DNA of 64,000 bases from Oxynema sp. CENA135 (GCF_016632315.1 NZ_JAEOXH010000002.1:32160-96159), one strand, 5' to 3'. Positions 46,522-57,505 are shown, counted from the stretch's first letter. The notes: generated by a model not told the origin, from the sequence alone. Program-made: numbers and translations.

Positions 46522-47079
46522 ATGAACCGTCCCACATTGCTGACCGCCAGCGCCCTCGCCCTCGTCCTGGGATGCTCCCTTCCCATCCTCGCCCAAGTCA
46601 ACGCCCCCGTGCAAGAGCTGCTAGAAACCGGGAACGGTGCGGGTTTCAACCTCAACGGCGCCGATCTTTCCGGTAGGGATTTGGCGGGGGTCGATCTGCG
46701 TGGAGCCAACCTCAACGGCGCCGATTTATCCGGCGCCAATTTATCCAGTGCGAACTTAACCGGAGCCAACCTCAGAGGGGCAAATTTACGCGCAGCCAAT
46801 CTAACAGAAGCCGATTTATCCGTTGCGAATTTAGTCGAGGCGACCTTAGACGGAGCTAATTTACAAGACGCACTGTTAAAAGCTGCAAACTTGAGTGGAG
46901 CCCATTTAGTAGAAGTAGATTTGCGCAATGCCGATTTATTTCGGGCAAATTTGAATGCGGCAAACTTAAGAGGCTCGAATTTACTCAATGCCAATTTTAA
47001 TGCAGCGAATTTAATCGGGGCGAACGTCCTCGGTTCGAGAGGCGGTAACTTTACCAATGCTATTGGGTTTACGCCATAA
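46522..47079 (+). CDS. secreted pentapeptide-repeat protein
   Basis: Signal peptide MNRPTLLTASALALVLGCSLPILAQ, then about 25 tandem A(N/D)LxG pentapeptides. Confidence 0.8.
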   Translation: MNRPTLLTASALALVLGCSLPILAQVNAPVQELLETGNGAGFNLNGADLSGRDLAGVDLRGANLNGADLSGANLSSANLTGANLRGANLRAANLTEADLSVANLVEATLDGANLQDALLKAANLSGAHLVEVDLRNADLFRANLNAANLRGSNLLNANFNAANLIGANVLGSRGGNFTNAIGFTP

Positions 47080-47286
47080 ATAAGAAGGTTTGAGGACGTC
47101 GGAGCGATCGCCGCGACGAGACCGAAAGTAAAGGTCAGATTGTGGCGTTTTTATTTGTTTTAAAAGAATAATTATTGAAGGTCTGCGGTCGATGGAAAAT
47201 GGAGATTTTTTGTAGAGAGAACCTGTTAGCGATCGCCGGAGCGGGGGAACACTAAGCGGCAAGATTATAAATTACGGGGGGAAACC

Positions 47287-47898
47287 GTGAAACTCAGTCT
47301 TTTACTCTCTTTAGTTTTACCCGTAGCCATCGCTTGGTCTACTCCCGGTCACGCTGCCAACCCAGAACACGTCACCCAATTGTTAGAAACGAAACAATGC
47401 GAGGGATGCGATTTAAGTAATGCGGATTTAGTCGGGGTGGATTTGCGCGAAGCGAACTTAAGGGGTGCGAATTTAACGGGAGCGAATTTGGAAGCGGCGA
47501 ACCTGTGTAATGCGGATTTATCAGAAACTAATTTAGAAAAAGCGACATTAATTAATGCCAATTTATTTGAAGCGAACTTATCTGGGGTCAATCTCAAACA
47601 AGGGCAGTTAGCAAATGCCAATCTCAGTTTTATTAATTTAAGCCGTTCGGACTTGAACGGGGCGAATTTATCCCAAGCCAATTTAGGGATGGCTAACTTG
47701 AGCGATGGGAACTTAAGTTATACCGATTTACGCGGAGCCAATTTAATCGGTGCGAATTTAAGCGGGGTCAGTTGGGAAGCGGCAAATCTGACCGACGCTC
47801 ATTTAGATCCTGCCAGTATTAACGAGGCGAATGGGTTGGCAACGGGAGAAACCAGCGCCGTCGAAGTGACGGAACGCGATCGCGCCCGGGTCCGATAA
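47287..47898 (+). CDS. secreted pentapeptide-repeat protein (paralog)
   Basis: Signal peptide MKLSLLLSLVLPVAIAWSTPGHA, then tandem ANLxx pentapeptides. Confidence 0.8.
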   Translation: MKLSLLLSLVLPVAIAWSTPGHAANPEHVTQLLETKQCEGCDLSNADLVGVDLREANLRGANLTGANLEAANLCNADLSETNLEKATLINANLFEANLSGVNLKQGQLANANLSFINLSRSDLNGANLSQANLGMANLSDGNLSYTDLRGANLIGANLSGVSWEAANLTDAHLDPASINEANGLATGETSAVEVTERDRARVR

Positions 47899-48312
47899 AG
47901 GCTTTTGAGTTGATTTTGAGTTGAAATAATTCAGTCTTATCAATTTACCAATAACCCGCAAAGGTGTGTTATTTTTTGTTGGCGATCGAAAGGACAACCA
48001 AAAAACAACCGGAGCGATCCAGGTCGTGCTATTTATGGGTTGCAGGGACACGGCCATGCGGTGTTAGTAAAGAGATTTGGCAACTTGACAAGGTCGATCT
48101 CAGATTCCATGGATTTAGGGGGACTATCGCCCTTTTTTGTCATTTTCGGGATCGAAATTTCGATCGCAGCCGTTTAATTCTTCTCAAATAGCAGCTTTGA
48201 GAGATCTTTCGACTCGAATTTTAGAAGTTGTATATTTTTTGCGCCTAAAATTTCCCCAGATCGAGTTCTGCAAGACGTTGGGGACTTTTTGTAACAGGAT
48301 TTCACCCCTGCT

Positions 48313-48346
48313 TGACAAAAGAGGGATATATTCTGATATTTGAAAC
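48313..48346 (+). promoter_or_regulatory. sigma70-like promoter candidate TTGACA-N17-GATATT inside a 1.1-kb gene-free region
   Basis: cTTGACAaaagagggatatattctGATATTtg read directly; the downstream transcript is unknown. Confidence 0.3.
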
Positions 48347-49041
48347 CTATCCGGAGCGACGATCGCAAAACTGCTCGGCAAAATTAGTACGCAACAGTGC
48401 CATGTTTTAGAGACAATCGAACTCCCTCGCCACCACGACCCACCCCCTCGCATCAATCCCCCTGGTAAGCCCCCTGGTGAGCGATCGCCCCGACAATATG
48501 AACAACCGTCTCAAAACACTAATTTTTGTGAATAGCAGCCCTCGAAGGCGCGATCGCAGGCGTTAGAATTAAACTCAAGTTCTTCCTCTAGCAGGCGATC
48601 TGTATCTTTTTTTAGAACGTTTAAAAAAAACTAAAAGCTCCGAGATTGTCTAATCTCGACCGTCAAGAAACTTGCGGTTAACCCCAAAAAACCGGAAAAA
48701 GAAAATCATCCTTCGGGATAATTTCTAAAGATCTAAAGCTAGAGATCGAAAGCCCCTACAGCCCTTTACCTCTTGAGTAAGGGGCGATCGCATCTACCTG
48801 TTTTCGCTGAAAACAGCTTAGCCCAAGGGAATTGAAGGTCAGCTTCAGCCAGGGCGATCGCCGTGACCGCCACCGCTCGCAACTTTCAATCAAGAGCAAA
48901 TGCTTTCGATTTTGTAAACAAATGTAAACAAAATCGGCAATCTGCAAAGCCGAGGGTGAAGTCAATACTCAGCAAGTGCGAAATCCTTGTAGGGAGGTTT
49001 CGCGACTGAGGTCGATTGGCATTTTAGTATTTAGGGAGAGT

Positions 49042-49668
49042 ATGAGGGTGCTAGATATATTAGAAGATTTGCGTTCGGCAAGCAACCGATCGCCGAAAAA
49101 TAAAACGCAACCAACCCCTCACAAGGGTTTGAACGGAGTCTTTGAATGGGTTGCGGGAGGGTTATGTACCCTGATCGCCACCACTTACGCCTTGGGACTT
49201 TCCGAAAGTCGCATTGCAGCCCAACCCCTGACTGACGCCGCATTACTGACCGCCGAAAGCACTGACACGGGCGCCACCGCGACCCGTCAAGGTCCGCAGT
49301 TATCCGACGGAGTGTACTTGTACGGTCAGTCCGCCACGCCGGAAGAAATCGGACAAGCCTACATGGTCTTTGAAGTCCGGGGCGATCGCCTTTTGGGTGC
49401 ATTTTACATGCCTCATTCTTCCTTTGACTGTTTCTACGGCAATATCGAAGACCGTCAACTGGCGTTGACCATCATCGACAGTTACGAACAAAGCGAATAC
49501 GCTTACGCCATGCCCATTGAAGCCCAACCTGTCGCTGGCGCCAACGATTCCGGCGTGGGTGAATTTGGACTGGAAGGAATGAGCCGCCTCAAAGAACTCA
49601 GCGACAACGATCGCCGGATCTTAGGCGTGTGTCAGCAAAACTACCAACAAAAACTGTGGGGAGAATAA
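49042..49668 (+). CDS. hypothetical exported/membrane-anchored protein
   Basis: ATG at 49042 preceded by AGGGAGAG; N-terminal hydrophobic anchor (GVFEWVAGGLCTLIATTYALGL). The track ORF starts at 48976. Confidence 0.5.
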   Translation: MRVLDILEDLRSASNRSPKNKTQPTPHKGLNGVFEWVAGGLCTLIATTYALGLSESRIAAQPLTDAALLTAESTDTGATATRQGPQLSDGVYLYGQSATPEEIGQAYMVFEVRGDRLLGAFYMPHSSFDCFYGNIEDRQLALTIIDSYEQSEYAYAMPIEAQPVAGANDSGVGEFGLEGMSRLKELSDNDRRILGVCQQNYQQKLWGE

Positions 49669-49988
49669 GAGCGAGATTCGAGATTCTTTGTTAAAATCTT
49701 GAACCATCCCTCCCTCAATCTCCCTCAATCGTGACGTTCTCCCGACGCTGACCTATGCGCTTCGTCCAGGCTTCGCCAAGGGTACAGCGCGGGCTTCCCA
49801 CCTCACGGACAGAAGTCCATCTGCCCCGGCGTCTTGGGAAGTTCCTGTTTCATCCGGTCTGGTCTAGGCAACGCCCCCGACCGAACCCGTCCACAGGCAT
49901 TTTGTTTGACATCCACGACCCGTCCAGCCGCAGATTGGGAGTCTTTCGTTTTGAGGTGCGTAGAGTGCGGGGCTTCCCGCCGATTAAG

Positions 49989-50645
49989 CTAATATTCAAT
50001 TCCCGGTTGAGCTTTCACTCCCTGTTCCCGGAAGGGATGCTTGACCAGGCGCATTTCTGTGACCAAATCCGCGCGATCGATGAGGGCGTCCGGGGCGCCG
50101 CGCCCGGTTAAAATTGCGTGGGTGTCTTCCGGTTTTTGGTCGAGACCTGCCAGTACGGTTTCGACGGGCAGATAACCCAGTTTCATCGCTACATTAATCT
50201 CGTCGAGTAAAACCAACTTGTACTCCGGTTGGTGAAGGAATTCTAGTCCTTTCTGCCAAGCTTCGAGAGCCTTTTGGGTATCGCGATCGCGATCTTGCGT
50301 TTCCCAGGTAAAGCCTTCCCCCATCGCGAAAAACTCCAGTTGCTGCGACCACTGGTTTAACACCGCCTTTTCCGCAGGTTCCCAGGCTCCTTTGATAAAC
50401 TGCACAATACCGACCCGATATCCGTGACCGAGCGATCGCATCACCATTCCGAGGGCCGCCGTGGTTTTTCCTTTCCCATTGCCCGTATTGACAATAATCA
50501 AACCCTTTTCGCGGTTTGACGCCTTCAGCCGTTCCTCTTGAACCGCCTTGCGGCGTTGCATCTTTTGGCGGTATTGTTCCGCCGTCAAACCCGATTCTAC
50601 AGAATCGGTCGTTGCTGGCATCGCACTGCTGTGATTGCTTTCCAT
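49989..50645 (-). CDS. cobO: cob(I)yrinic acid a,c-diamide adenosyltransferase (CobA/CobO/BtuR family)
   Basis: P-loop TGNGKGKTTAALG; the track ORF extends to 50759, start chosen at MESNHSS (50645). Confidence 0.85.
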   Translation of the reverse strand: MESNHSSAMPATTDSVESGLTAEQYRQKMQRRKAVQEERLKASNREKGLIIVNTGNGKGKTTAALGMVMRSLGHGYRVGIVQFIKGAWEPAEKAVLNQWSQQLEFFAMGEGFTWETQDRDRDTQKALEAWQKGLEFLHQPEYKLVLLDEINVAMKLGYLPVETVLAGLDQKPEDTHAILTGRGAPDALIDRADLVTEMRLVKHPFREQGVKAQPGIEY

Positions 50646-50936
50646 ATCTACTTGAATCCCTGACAATCTTGCTGATGCGGATCGTGCGTTTTCTCCCGAG
50701 GGGGCACAAAGCGGCGATCGACGCAGATCTATGGTATCGCCGTTATCGCCCCGAACCACCGGATCGGCCCTCCCCGAATCGCGATCGCCCGTCGGGTCTA
50801 TCGAGATTATTTAAACTTTATCTAGAAGTTAACAAGAGGTTAAAACTATACTGTTCATTAGGAAACTGAGATCCCAGACCCGGCTTGTTTTCGGAATTTC
50901 AGTGATTTAGATAACCGATCGACAACCACGAAAACT

Positions 50937-51194
50937 ATGTCTGAAAAATCCGATTTTCTCTACCCGCGCGGTCGTTACTACGGCGATTTTACGCCTCAAA
51001 AACTGGCATTTAATGCCAACTTGCAGGAATTTGCCCAAAAAGTCAGTTATATTTGCAATTTGGAAACCGGGGGCAAAATTTCGAGCATCGAAGCCTACGA
51101 AGAAATCAAAAAACTTTGGAAAGACCTCAAAACCTCGAAAAAAGAATTGCAAATTGGGGAAGAACCGCCATCGGAACCTTCAGATCCCGCTTAA
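50937..51194 (+). CDS. small hypothetical protein (85 aa)
   Basis: Intact ORF; no motif recognised. Confidence 0.4.
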   Translation: MSEKSDFLYPRGRYYGDFTPQKLAFNANLQEFAQKVSYICNLETGGKISSIEAYEEIKKLWKDLKTSKKELQIGEEPPSEPSDPA

Positions 51195-51261
51195 AGCTGA
51201 CCGACTCAGTCCGATCGCCCTCAACGGATTTCCCCTAAACTATCGGGAGAAAAAAAGCTGA

Positions 51262-52515
51262 GTGCTTGCCATGTTGTCCGTCCGAGACGCGCAATCGATT
51301 ATTCTAGACCTCATCCGACCGTTCGACCCACAAACCGATATCGAAACGGTCGATTTGCAATCTTGCGGCGATCGCCTGCTCGCCACCCCCCTGTCCGCCC
51401 ACTCCGACTTTCCCTATTGGGATAACTCCGCAATGGACGGGTACGCCGTGCGCTACCAAGACGTAAGCGGCGCCAGTCCCGAGCGCCCTATCCCTTTAGA
51501 ACTCGTCACCGAAATTGCCGCCGGAACGACCCCGCAAACGGCGATCGCCCCCGGACAAGCCGCCCGCATTTTCACCGGGGCGATGATGCCCCCAGGAGCC
51601 GATACCGTGGTCATGCAGGAACAGACCCGCCGAACGGGCGATCGCGTCGAAATTCTCGCTTCCCCCGCCGAAAAGGGCGATTTCGTGAGGATAGCAGGTT
51701 CGTTTTACCGGGCGGGAACCCCCTTACTGCCTGCGGGGGTTCGCCTCGGTGCTGCCGACGTCGCCCTGCTGGCGATCGCCCAATGTAGCCGAGTCCCGGT
51801 GTACCGCCGTCCCCGAGTCGCCATCCTCTCCACCGGAAACGAACTCGTCCCCCCCGGCACCCCCTTACAAGCGGGACAGCTCGTCGATTCCAACCAATAC
51901 GCCCTCGCGACCGCCGTCACGGCTGCCGGAGCCATTCCCCTGCTCTCGGGAATCGTTCCCGACCGACCCGACGCCCTCAAACAGGCGATCGCCCGCACCT
52001 TAGAGCAAGCCGACCTCGTTGTTTCCACCGGAGGCGTCTCCGTCGGCGATTACGATTACGTCGAGCAAATTTTAGAAGAATTAGGCGGTCAAATTCACGT
52101 TAAATCCGTCGCCGTCAAACCGGGTAAACCCCTTACCGTCGCCCGCTTTAGTGCCGAAACCGATCGACCGAACCGCCTCTATTTCGGCCTGCCGGGAAAT
52201 CCAGTTTCGGCATTAGTCACCTTTTGGCGTTTCGTGCGACCCGCCCTTAAAAAATTGGCCGGAGAACCGCAGGGATGGGAGCCGACCTTTCTCACCGCCC
52301 GATCGCGCCACGAATTGAAAGGAGCGGGCCGTCGGGAAACCTATCTGTGGGGCAAACTCCATCCCGTCTCCGGAGGATACGAATTTGAACTGTCCCAAGG
52401 CTCTCACAGTTCCGGGAATCTGATTAATTTGGCGCAAACCACCGCCTTAGCCGTCGTCGGGGTCGATCGAGGTCCGATCGCCCCGGGAGAACTCGTCAGC
52501 GTCATGCTCGTGTAA
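51262..52515 (+). CDS. moeA: molybdopterin molybdotransferase
   Basis: FPYWDNSAMDGYAV, GxxGGxS-type MoCF-binding segment (VVSTGGVSVGDYDYV), 417 aa. Confidence 0.85.
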   Translation: MLAMLSVRDAQSIILDLIRPFDPQTDIETVDLQSCGDRLLATPLSAHSDFPYWDNSAMDGYAVRYQDVSGASPERPIPLELVTEIAAGTTPQTAIAPGQAARIFTGAMMPPGADTVVMQEQTRRTGDRVEILASPAEKGDFVRIAGSFYRAGTPLLPAGVRLGAADVALLAIAQCSRVPVYRRPRVAILSTGNELVPPGTPLQAGQLVDSNQYALATAVTAAGAIPLLSGIVPDRPDALKQAIARTLEQADLVVSTGGVSVGDYDYVEQILEELGGQIHVKSVAVKPGKPLTVARFSAETDRPNRLYFGLPGNPVSALVTFWRFVRPALKKLAGEPQGWEPTFLTARSRHELKGAGRRETYLWGKLHPVSGGYEFELSQGSHSSGNLINLAQTTALAVVGVDRGPIAPGELVSVMLV

Positions 52516-52539
52516 ACTGCCGCCCCAGGTGCGCCGCTT

Positions 52540-53334
52540 TCAGTCGCGATCGCCCTCGTAGACCCGGCGCCGGACGTTCTGCGTCGTTCGCGGTGCGGAC
52601 ACGGGAATCGATAAGGGGTCGCGACCGACGCCCAATTGATGGGGTCTGCCGTCCTGAGTGGGTTTGAGACCGTCGAGTACCGCATTGCGGACGATCGGCT
52701 CGGTTTCGCGAGCGAGCAGCAGGCGGAAACAATCGGCGATCGCCTGACGGTCTTCAGCCGTGCTGGCGTTCATCATCCGGGTCAGTTGTCGTACGGCGAT
52801 CAGTCGTTTGAGCGGGTCGGTGTCGGTGAGATCGTCGAGTAAGGCGTGGAAACGGTCTCGTCCCGATCCGGTTTGGCGGTCGAGAAAATGCCAGGTCAGC
52901 AAGCCCAAAGTTGCCATCGTACAGAGTCCTTGGAAAATCGCCCCGGTTGCCAGCCACGGGTTCTCCGACTCGACCCAAATCGAAACGGCGAGGTAGCTGC
53001 CGAAGGTCGCCACCCCTCCACTACCGACGGCGATCGCCAGATCCCGGTTGGTTCCGTGCAGGAATTGGCGCAATTTCGTCTCGAACCCCGGCCAGTGGCT
53101 GCTTTGCAAGGCGTAAACTCCGAGCATGGCCCCCGTTCCGATCGCGATCGCGACGGCCAACTTCCAGTTACAAGCCAGCAGGAGGGTCGCGACAAACAAG
53201 CCCAAGATCAAACTGGGATTGTTTCGCAACCGAGTTCGCCAAAGGCGATCGAGGGTGGGTTGATCGAGAGCGGAAAGGGGGATCGTCCGAACGAACTCGG
53301 ACAACTGCCGCCACTGGGAGGACGCCTGTGCCAC
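52540..53334 (-). CDS. hypothetical membrane protein with a C-terminal HEAT-like region
   Basis: 264 aa; three or four TM helices then an alpha-helical repeat tail. Confidence 0.45.
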   Translation of the reverse strand: MAQASSQWRQLSEFVRTIPLSALDQPTLDRLWRTRLRNNPSLILGLFVATLLLACNWKLAVAIAIGTGAMLGVYALQSSHWPGFETKLRQFLHGTNRDLAIAVGSGGVATFGSYLAVSIWVESENPWLATGAIFQGLCTMATLGLLTWHFLDRQTGSGRDRFHALLDDLTDTDPLKRLIAVRQLTRMMNASTAEDRQAIADCFRLLLARETEPIVRNAVLDGLKPTQDGRPHQLGVGRDPLSIPVSAPRTTQNVRRRVYEGDRD

Positions 53335-53793
53335 GTTACTTACCTAGTTACTGCGAATTGAAGCCAAATTCAATCTCAAACCAATCTCGAATCCGATGGA
53401 ATGCGTGAGCGGACGGTCGCGATTGACTGGAGCAATTTTAACCCGTCAGCCACCCCGCTTGGAATCTTTGCGCGACTCGCGGGTCGATGAGATCGCCTGG
53501 CGCCACCGAGTTGAGGGGTCTTGCTGTGCGGTTTGAGTTTCCTTTGCTCTGTAGCCCTAGGCAGGCGATCGCCCCACCCGATGGCTAAAATATTCCCAAT
53601 TAAAGTGCAGATTAAAACAATAATTTAATTTGAGACGCGGCGATCGCCCTCGTTTTCTTGGTAAATCCCTTGTCTTTAAACGATTTTCAAGTTAAACAAG
53701 CGAGCGAATTCGAATCTCGCGGGGAAAATTTGTTTAAATTTGCATTTTCTTGCCGCAGTCGCTCCCGGAACGGGCGATCGTCGTCAGCTCGTT

Positions 53794-54426
53794 CTAAAAT
53801 CCAAACGCAAAATCGGCCACCGTTAATTGACCGTCAAAAGCATAAAAGCCGATCCGATGAATATTTTGACCGTCGAGACTCAATAGGGTATTTGGAGACA
53901 AATTCGATTGAGATCCGGCCAAATTAGGAGCGCTCGTTTCCGTTTTAGCTAACAATTGACCGTCGCGATCGTAAGCGGACAACACCGTGCGTCGCGAACT
54001 GGTCACCAGGGCTCTTACCCGAGAAATCGGCTGAGTAAAAATGACTTCCATCGAGCCACTTTTGGGACCTCCCATCAAGACGATCGAACCGGAGTGAGTC
54101 GGAAACGCCGGATTCGACGGACTCAAGGCGAGTGCGTTGCGGAAAATCGCCCCCCACTTCTCAAATTGTCGTTCGACGACTTCAAAACAGTTTAAGTCTT
54201 GAAGATTCAAGCGCACGTCGATTTCTGAAGGTATCGGCAACTCGAATGGTACGCCGTTGGTGGCGATCGCCCGTCTACGCTCTGCGGGGGACAATTCGGA
54301 CCACGGCATCGGCGAGGGGGGGGACACTTGAGCCGGGTCGCCGTTAACTTGCACTCGATCTACCATAAATCCCTGTTTGACTGTCATTAACTTCTCCGTC
54401 ATTCGATAGCACTTCATGAATGGCAA
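53794..54426 (-). CDS. hypothetical protein
   Basis: 210-aa ORF; no motif recognised. Confidence 0.4.
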   Translation of the reverse strand: MPFMKCYRMTEKLMTVKQGFMVDRVQVNGDPAQVSPPSPMPWSELSPAERRRAIATNGVPFELPIPSEIDVRLNLQDLNCFEVVERQFEKWGAIFRNALALSPSNPAFPTHSGSIVLMGGPKSGSMEVIFTQPISRVRALVTSSRRTVLSAYDRDGQLLAKTETSAPNLAGSQSNLSPNTLLSLDGQNIHRIGFYAFDGQLTVADFAFGF

Positions 54427-54572
54427 AGCTTCAAGTCAACTGGCTCGGGTCGGTCGCCGCCAGGGGGTCAAGCGGATGCCAGTCGTTCTTTGATTCCCTT
54501 TCCCTAGTTTTCCCCGTAGTACCCTTGCTTTTTTAAAAAAAGTCGATCGCAACTTCAAGGTGGGGAAAGGGG

Positions 54573-54593
54573 GTGTGGGGTTACACCCCACAC
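54573..54593. promoter_or_regulatory. perfect palindrome GTGTGGGGT-tac-ACCCCACAC in a divergent intergenic region
   Basis: Read directly; 9-bp arms with a 3-bp spacer, flanked by A/T tracts, lying between the divergently transcribed 53794-54426 and 54833-55747 genes. Confidence 0.35.
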
Positions 54594-54832
54594 TTTAAAA
54601 ATTATTACCGATCTGGCGTATTTTGGCATTAGGAAAACAACAAGTTTAAGAAATTGAGGCATCGGGTGCGCAGATTGCATTTATAAAACAGGCGATCGCG
54701 CCCGCCATCCGGACAGTTTTTAAGATTTTTCGTGAATCTCTATAAAATGCCACTGAACTTGATGTTACGGCGATCGCCCGTTCTCGGCGCGCGATCGCCC
54801 GTGTCCCGTACCGCAGCAACTAGAGGTCTTTT

Positions 54833-55747
54833 ATGTATATTCCCCTCGGTTTTGACCAGCGCTCGATCGTGACCTCCCTCGGGAGAATGGTTTATTACAC
54901 CGCCGTCGGCGAACCCTGGCCGATCTCCACCGACGCAGCATCCGGAGAGGCTCCCCTACCGACCTTAGTGTTTCTGCACGGCTTTGGAGGGGGATCCTCC
55001 GCTTACGAATGGTCGAAAGTCTATCCCGCATTTGCCAGCGACTACCGGATTTTGGCACCGGATTTAATTGGCTGGGGGCGATCGGAACATCCCCAACGGG
55101 ATTACCAGATCGAGGACTACACCACCACGATCGCCGAATTTTTAGAACAAACCTGTAGCGAACCCGTCCCCGTCGTCGCCTCCTCCCTCACCGCCGCCTT
55201 CGTCATCCGGGTGGCGATCGCCCGTCCCGAACTGTTCAAAAGCTTGATTTTAACCACTCCGGCGGGACTGTCCGACTTCGGCGAAGATTATCGCGGCAGT
55301 TTCTTCGCCCAACTCGTCAAAACCCCCTTAATCGACCGCTTCCTCTATAGCAGTGCGATCGCCACCCCCGGAGGGATTCGCAGCTTTTTAGAAACCCGTC
55401 AATTTGCCCGTCCCAACCGCATCCACGACGAAATCGTAGACGCCTACCTGCGATCGGCCCAACAACCCAACGCCGAATACGCCGCCTTATCCTTCGTGCG
55501 CGGCGATCTGTGCTTCGACCTATCCGCCTACATCCATCAGCTCGCCGTCCCCACTGCCATCATTTGGGGACGCCAATCCCAATTTACCGGACCCGAAATC
55601 GGCGAGCGACTCGCCAGCCTCAACCCCCGAGCCATTCGCTATTTCCAGCGCCTGGAAGAGGTCGGACTCACCCCGCAATTAGAAGTCCCGGCGATCGCGA
55701 TCGGACTGATTCGCCACTTTCTATCCTTACTCGACGGCGCCGCCTGA
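54833..55747 (+). CDS. alpha/beta-hydrolase fold protein
   Basis: LVFLHGFGGGSSAYEW, nucleophile elbow region ASSLTAAF. Confidence 0.75.
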   Translation: MYIPLGFDQRSIVTSLGRMVYYTAVGEPWPISTDAASGEAPLPTLVFLHGFGGGSSAYEWSKVYPAFASDYRILAPDLIGWGRSEHPQRDYQIEDYTTTIAEFLEQTCSEPVPVVASSLTAAFVIRVAIARPELFKSLILTTPAGLSDFGEDYRGSFFAQLVKTPLIDRFLYSSAIATPGGIRSFLETRQFARPNRIHDEIVDAYLRSAQQPNAEYAALSFVRGDLCFDLSAYIHQLAVPTAIIWGRQSQFTGPEIGERLASLNPRAIRYFQRLEEVGLTPQLEVPAIAIGLIRHFLSLLDGAA

Positions 55748-55831
55748 TCTCCCACCGACGAAAAAGGCAGGGGAAGCGCATCCCCCTGCCTCGCGATCGC
55801 CCTTCTCTCAAAACCGCTTCTAGCTATTCGT

Positions 55832-56359
55832 TTATTTAATCCGAACGTCGATCACGCTCGCATTAAAGTTATAGGTCAGTCCTTCCAACTCCACCGGGGT
55901 ACCAATTTTGAGTTTGTTGTTCCCCAACACCGGGCCATTCTCCGTAATCTGAGCGCGACCACCCAAAGTAATCATCAAATTAGAACTAAAAGATTCTTCC
56001 TGTCTCGGATCCGGAAGCGCTTTTACTGAGCCGTCCGGCTGCGGAACTGCTAAAGTTTTGGTCAGCAATTCGATCGATTTAACGTCCACCGCTCCGTGCG
56101 GTTGGTTGCGGATAATAATATTAGTTTGGCCTTTTTCTCTAAATTCTTCGAGTAAGGCTTGGGGATCGCGAACACTCAACCCGCGCACAATCAGATCGAC
56201 TTCTACGGGTTTGGTCGTCACGCCGACTTGTGCCACCGAACCTGTTTGTCCGGGGAAGAAAAAGATCCCGATAATCACGAAAACAATCACCAGGGCCGCA
56301 CCCAAGTCCAAGACGCTAATTTTGCCAAATAAACGTCCTTTTGAATCCAAAATGTTCAT
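55832..56359 (-). CDS. DUF4330-like membrane-anchored protein
   Basis: 175 aa; N-terminal TM (LGAALVIVFVIIGIFFF) plus a beta-rich domain; the family assignment is from memory. Confidence 0.5.
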   Translation of the reverse strand: MNILDSKGRLFGKISVLDLGAALVIVFVIIGIFFFPGQTGSVAQVGVTTKPVEVDLIVRGLSVRDPQALLEEFREKGQTNIIIRNQPHGAVDVKSIELLTKTLAVPQPDGSVKALPDPRQEESFSSNLMITLGGRAQITENGPVLGNNKLKIGTPVELEGLTYNFNASVIDVRIK

Positions 56360-56598
56360 TTTTAGAGCGTCGTCCTTTCTTAAGCGAAATCAAACGTGAA
56401 GTGAAATCAAAAGCGATCGCACTAACCGTTGCAACTCTTTATTTCTATCGGGCGATCGGGTCTTCCGCATCAAACCATCTCCTCAAGTTGAGGCTCGAAC
56501 CCCAGTCTCTTGAGAGTGGGGTGGGGACTCGATGGTTTCCGTTCCCTCGAATCCTCTGTCAGATTATCACGACTTTCATAGGCTTGCTCCTAGGGCGT

Positions 56599-57500
56599 GT
56601 CATCAATTATGTAGGTTGACAAAAGTGACCAAATGTGGAGGAAAGCGCCTGCGGACATTTAAGCCAGCCAAATCACGGATGCAGCCAGGTAAATGCCACC
56701 CAGGAAGTTCACCGAGCGCTTGTCATAACGAGTGGCAATCCCTCGATACTGTTTGAGCTTGGCAAAGAAGTTTTCCACCAGATGTCGGGTTTGATACAAG
56801 AATCGATCGTAATCGTGGGCTTGTTTTCGATTCTTTTTCGAGGGAATGACGACTTCAATCCCTCGCTCGTGCAACGGTTGTCTGACTCGTTCGTCGGCAT
56901 CGTAAGCTTTATCCGCTAGCAGTGCCTGGACTTCCACTGATGGTAGCAACCGCTCGGCACCGACTAGATCGCTGGCCTGACCGGGAGTTAAAAAAAAGAT
57001 ATGGGATTCCCCAAAGCATCCACCACCGCATGAATTTTCGTACTCAACCCGCCTCGGCTACGACCGATATTTTCCTCTTCGGCTGAACTCCCTGATGCTC
57101 CAGCACTGTGCTGATGCGCTCGCACAATGGTGGAATCGATGGCAGCATATTCGTTATCGGCTTCCTCGCAGAGGACTTGGAAAACGCGCTCCCACACCCC
57201 AGTTTTTGACCAGCGAGTGAAGCGTGTGTGGACGACTCGAAAATCCCCAAAGCGTTCGGGAAGATCTCGCCAAGGAATCCCTGCTCGAAAGCGATACAAC
57301 ACGGCTTCGACGAATAAACGGTTATCTTTAGCTGTGACCCCAACTGTACCCGGACGACCCGGAAGCAGGTGTTCAATGCGTTGCCATTGGTCGTCTCGTA
57401 AAGCGTAACGCCGTTTCATCCCGGTTTTGAGCTATCTTGAGTGAACGGGTAGCAGGCTACACACATTTCACTATTTTTGTCAATTTTCTTAATTGATGAC
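56599..57500 (-). mobile_element. IS5-family insertion sequence (IS427/ISL2-like) with about 35-bp imperfect terminal inverted repeats
   Basis: IRL gtcatcaattatgtaggttgacaaaagtgaccaaatgtg (56599-56637). IRR reverse complement gtcatcaattaagaaaattgacaaaaatagtgaaatgtg (57462-57500). The element encloses a two-ORF frameshifted DDE transposase. Confidence 0.75.
56659..57419 (-). CDS. IS5-family DDE transposase produced by programmed frameshifting (orfA 56988-57419, orfB 56659-56949)
   Basis: orfA MKRRYALRDDQWQRIEHLLPG (HTH); orfB ...ADKAYDADE...VIPSKKNRK...YRGIATRYDK (DDE/K motifs); a slippery A7/T7 run at the junction (56991-57000). Confidence 0.75.
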
Positions 57501-57505
57501 AGACC

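Noticed and set aside
46482-47057. 191-aa minus-strand ORF with FAALK/FAPLK repeats
   Set aside because: It is the antisense shadow of the pentapeptide-repeat gene, where repetitive DNA yields repetitive translation in every frame. The plus frame has the signal peptide and canonical A(D/N)LxG repeats.
49669-49988. 320-bp HIP1-free, GC-rich spacer between convergent genes, inspected for tmRNA, RNase P or SRP RNA
   Set aside because: No diagnostic motifs were found on either strand (GGAAAGTCCGGGC, a tRNA-like 3' end with CCA, or the SRP GGAA tetraloop helix). Left unannotated.
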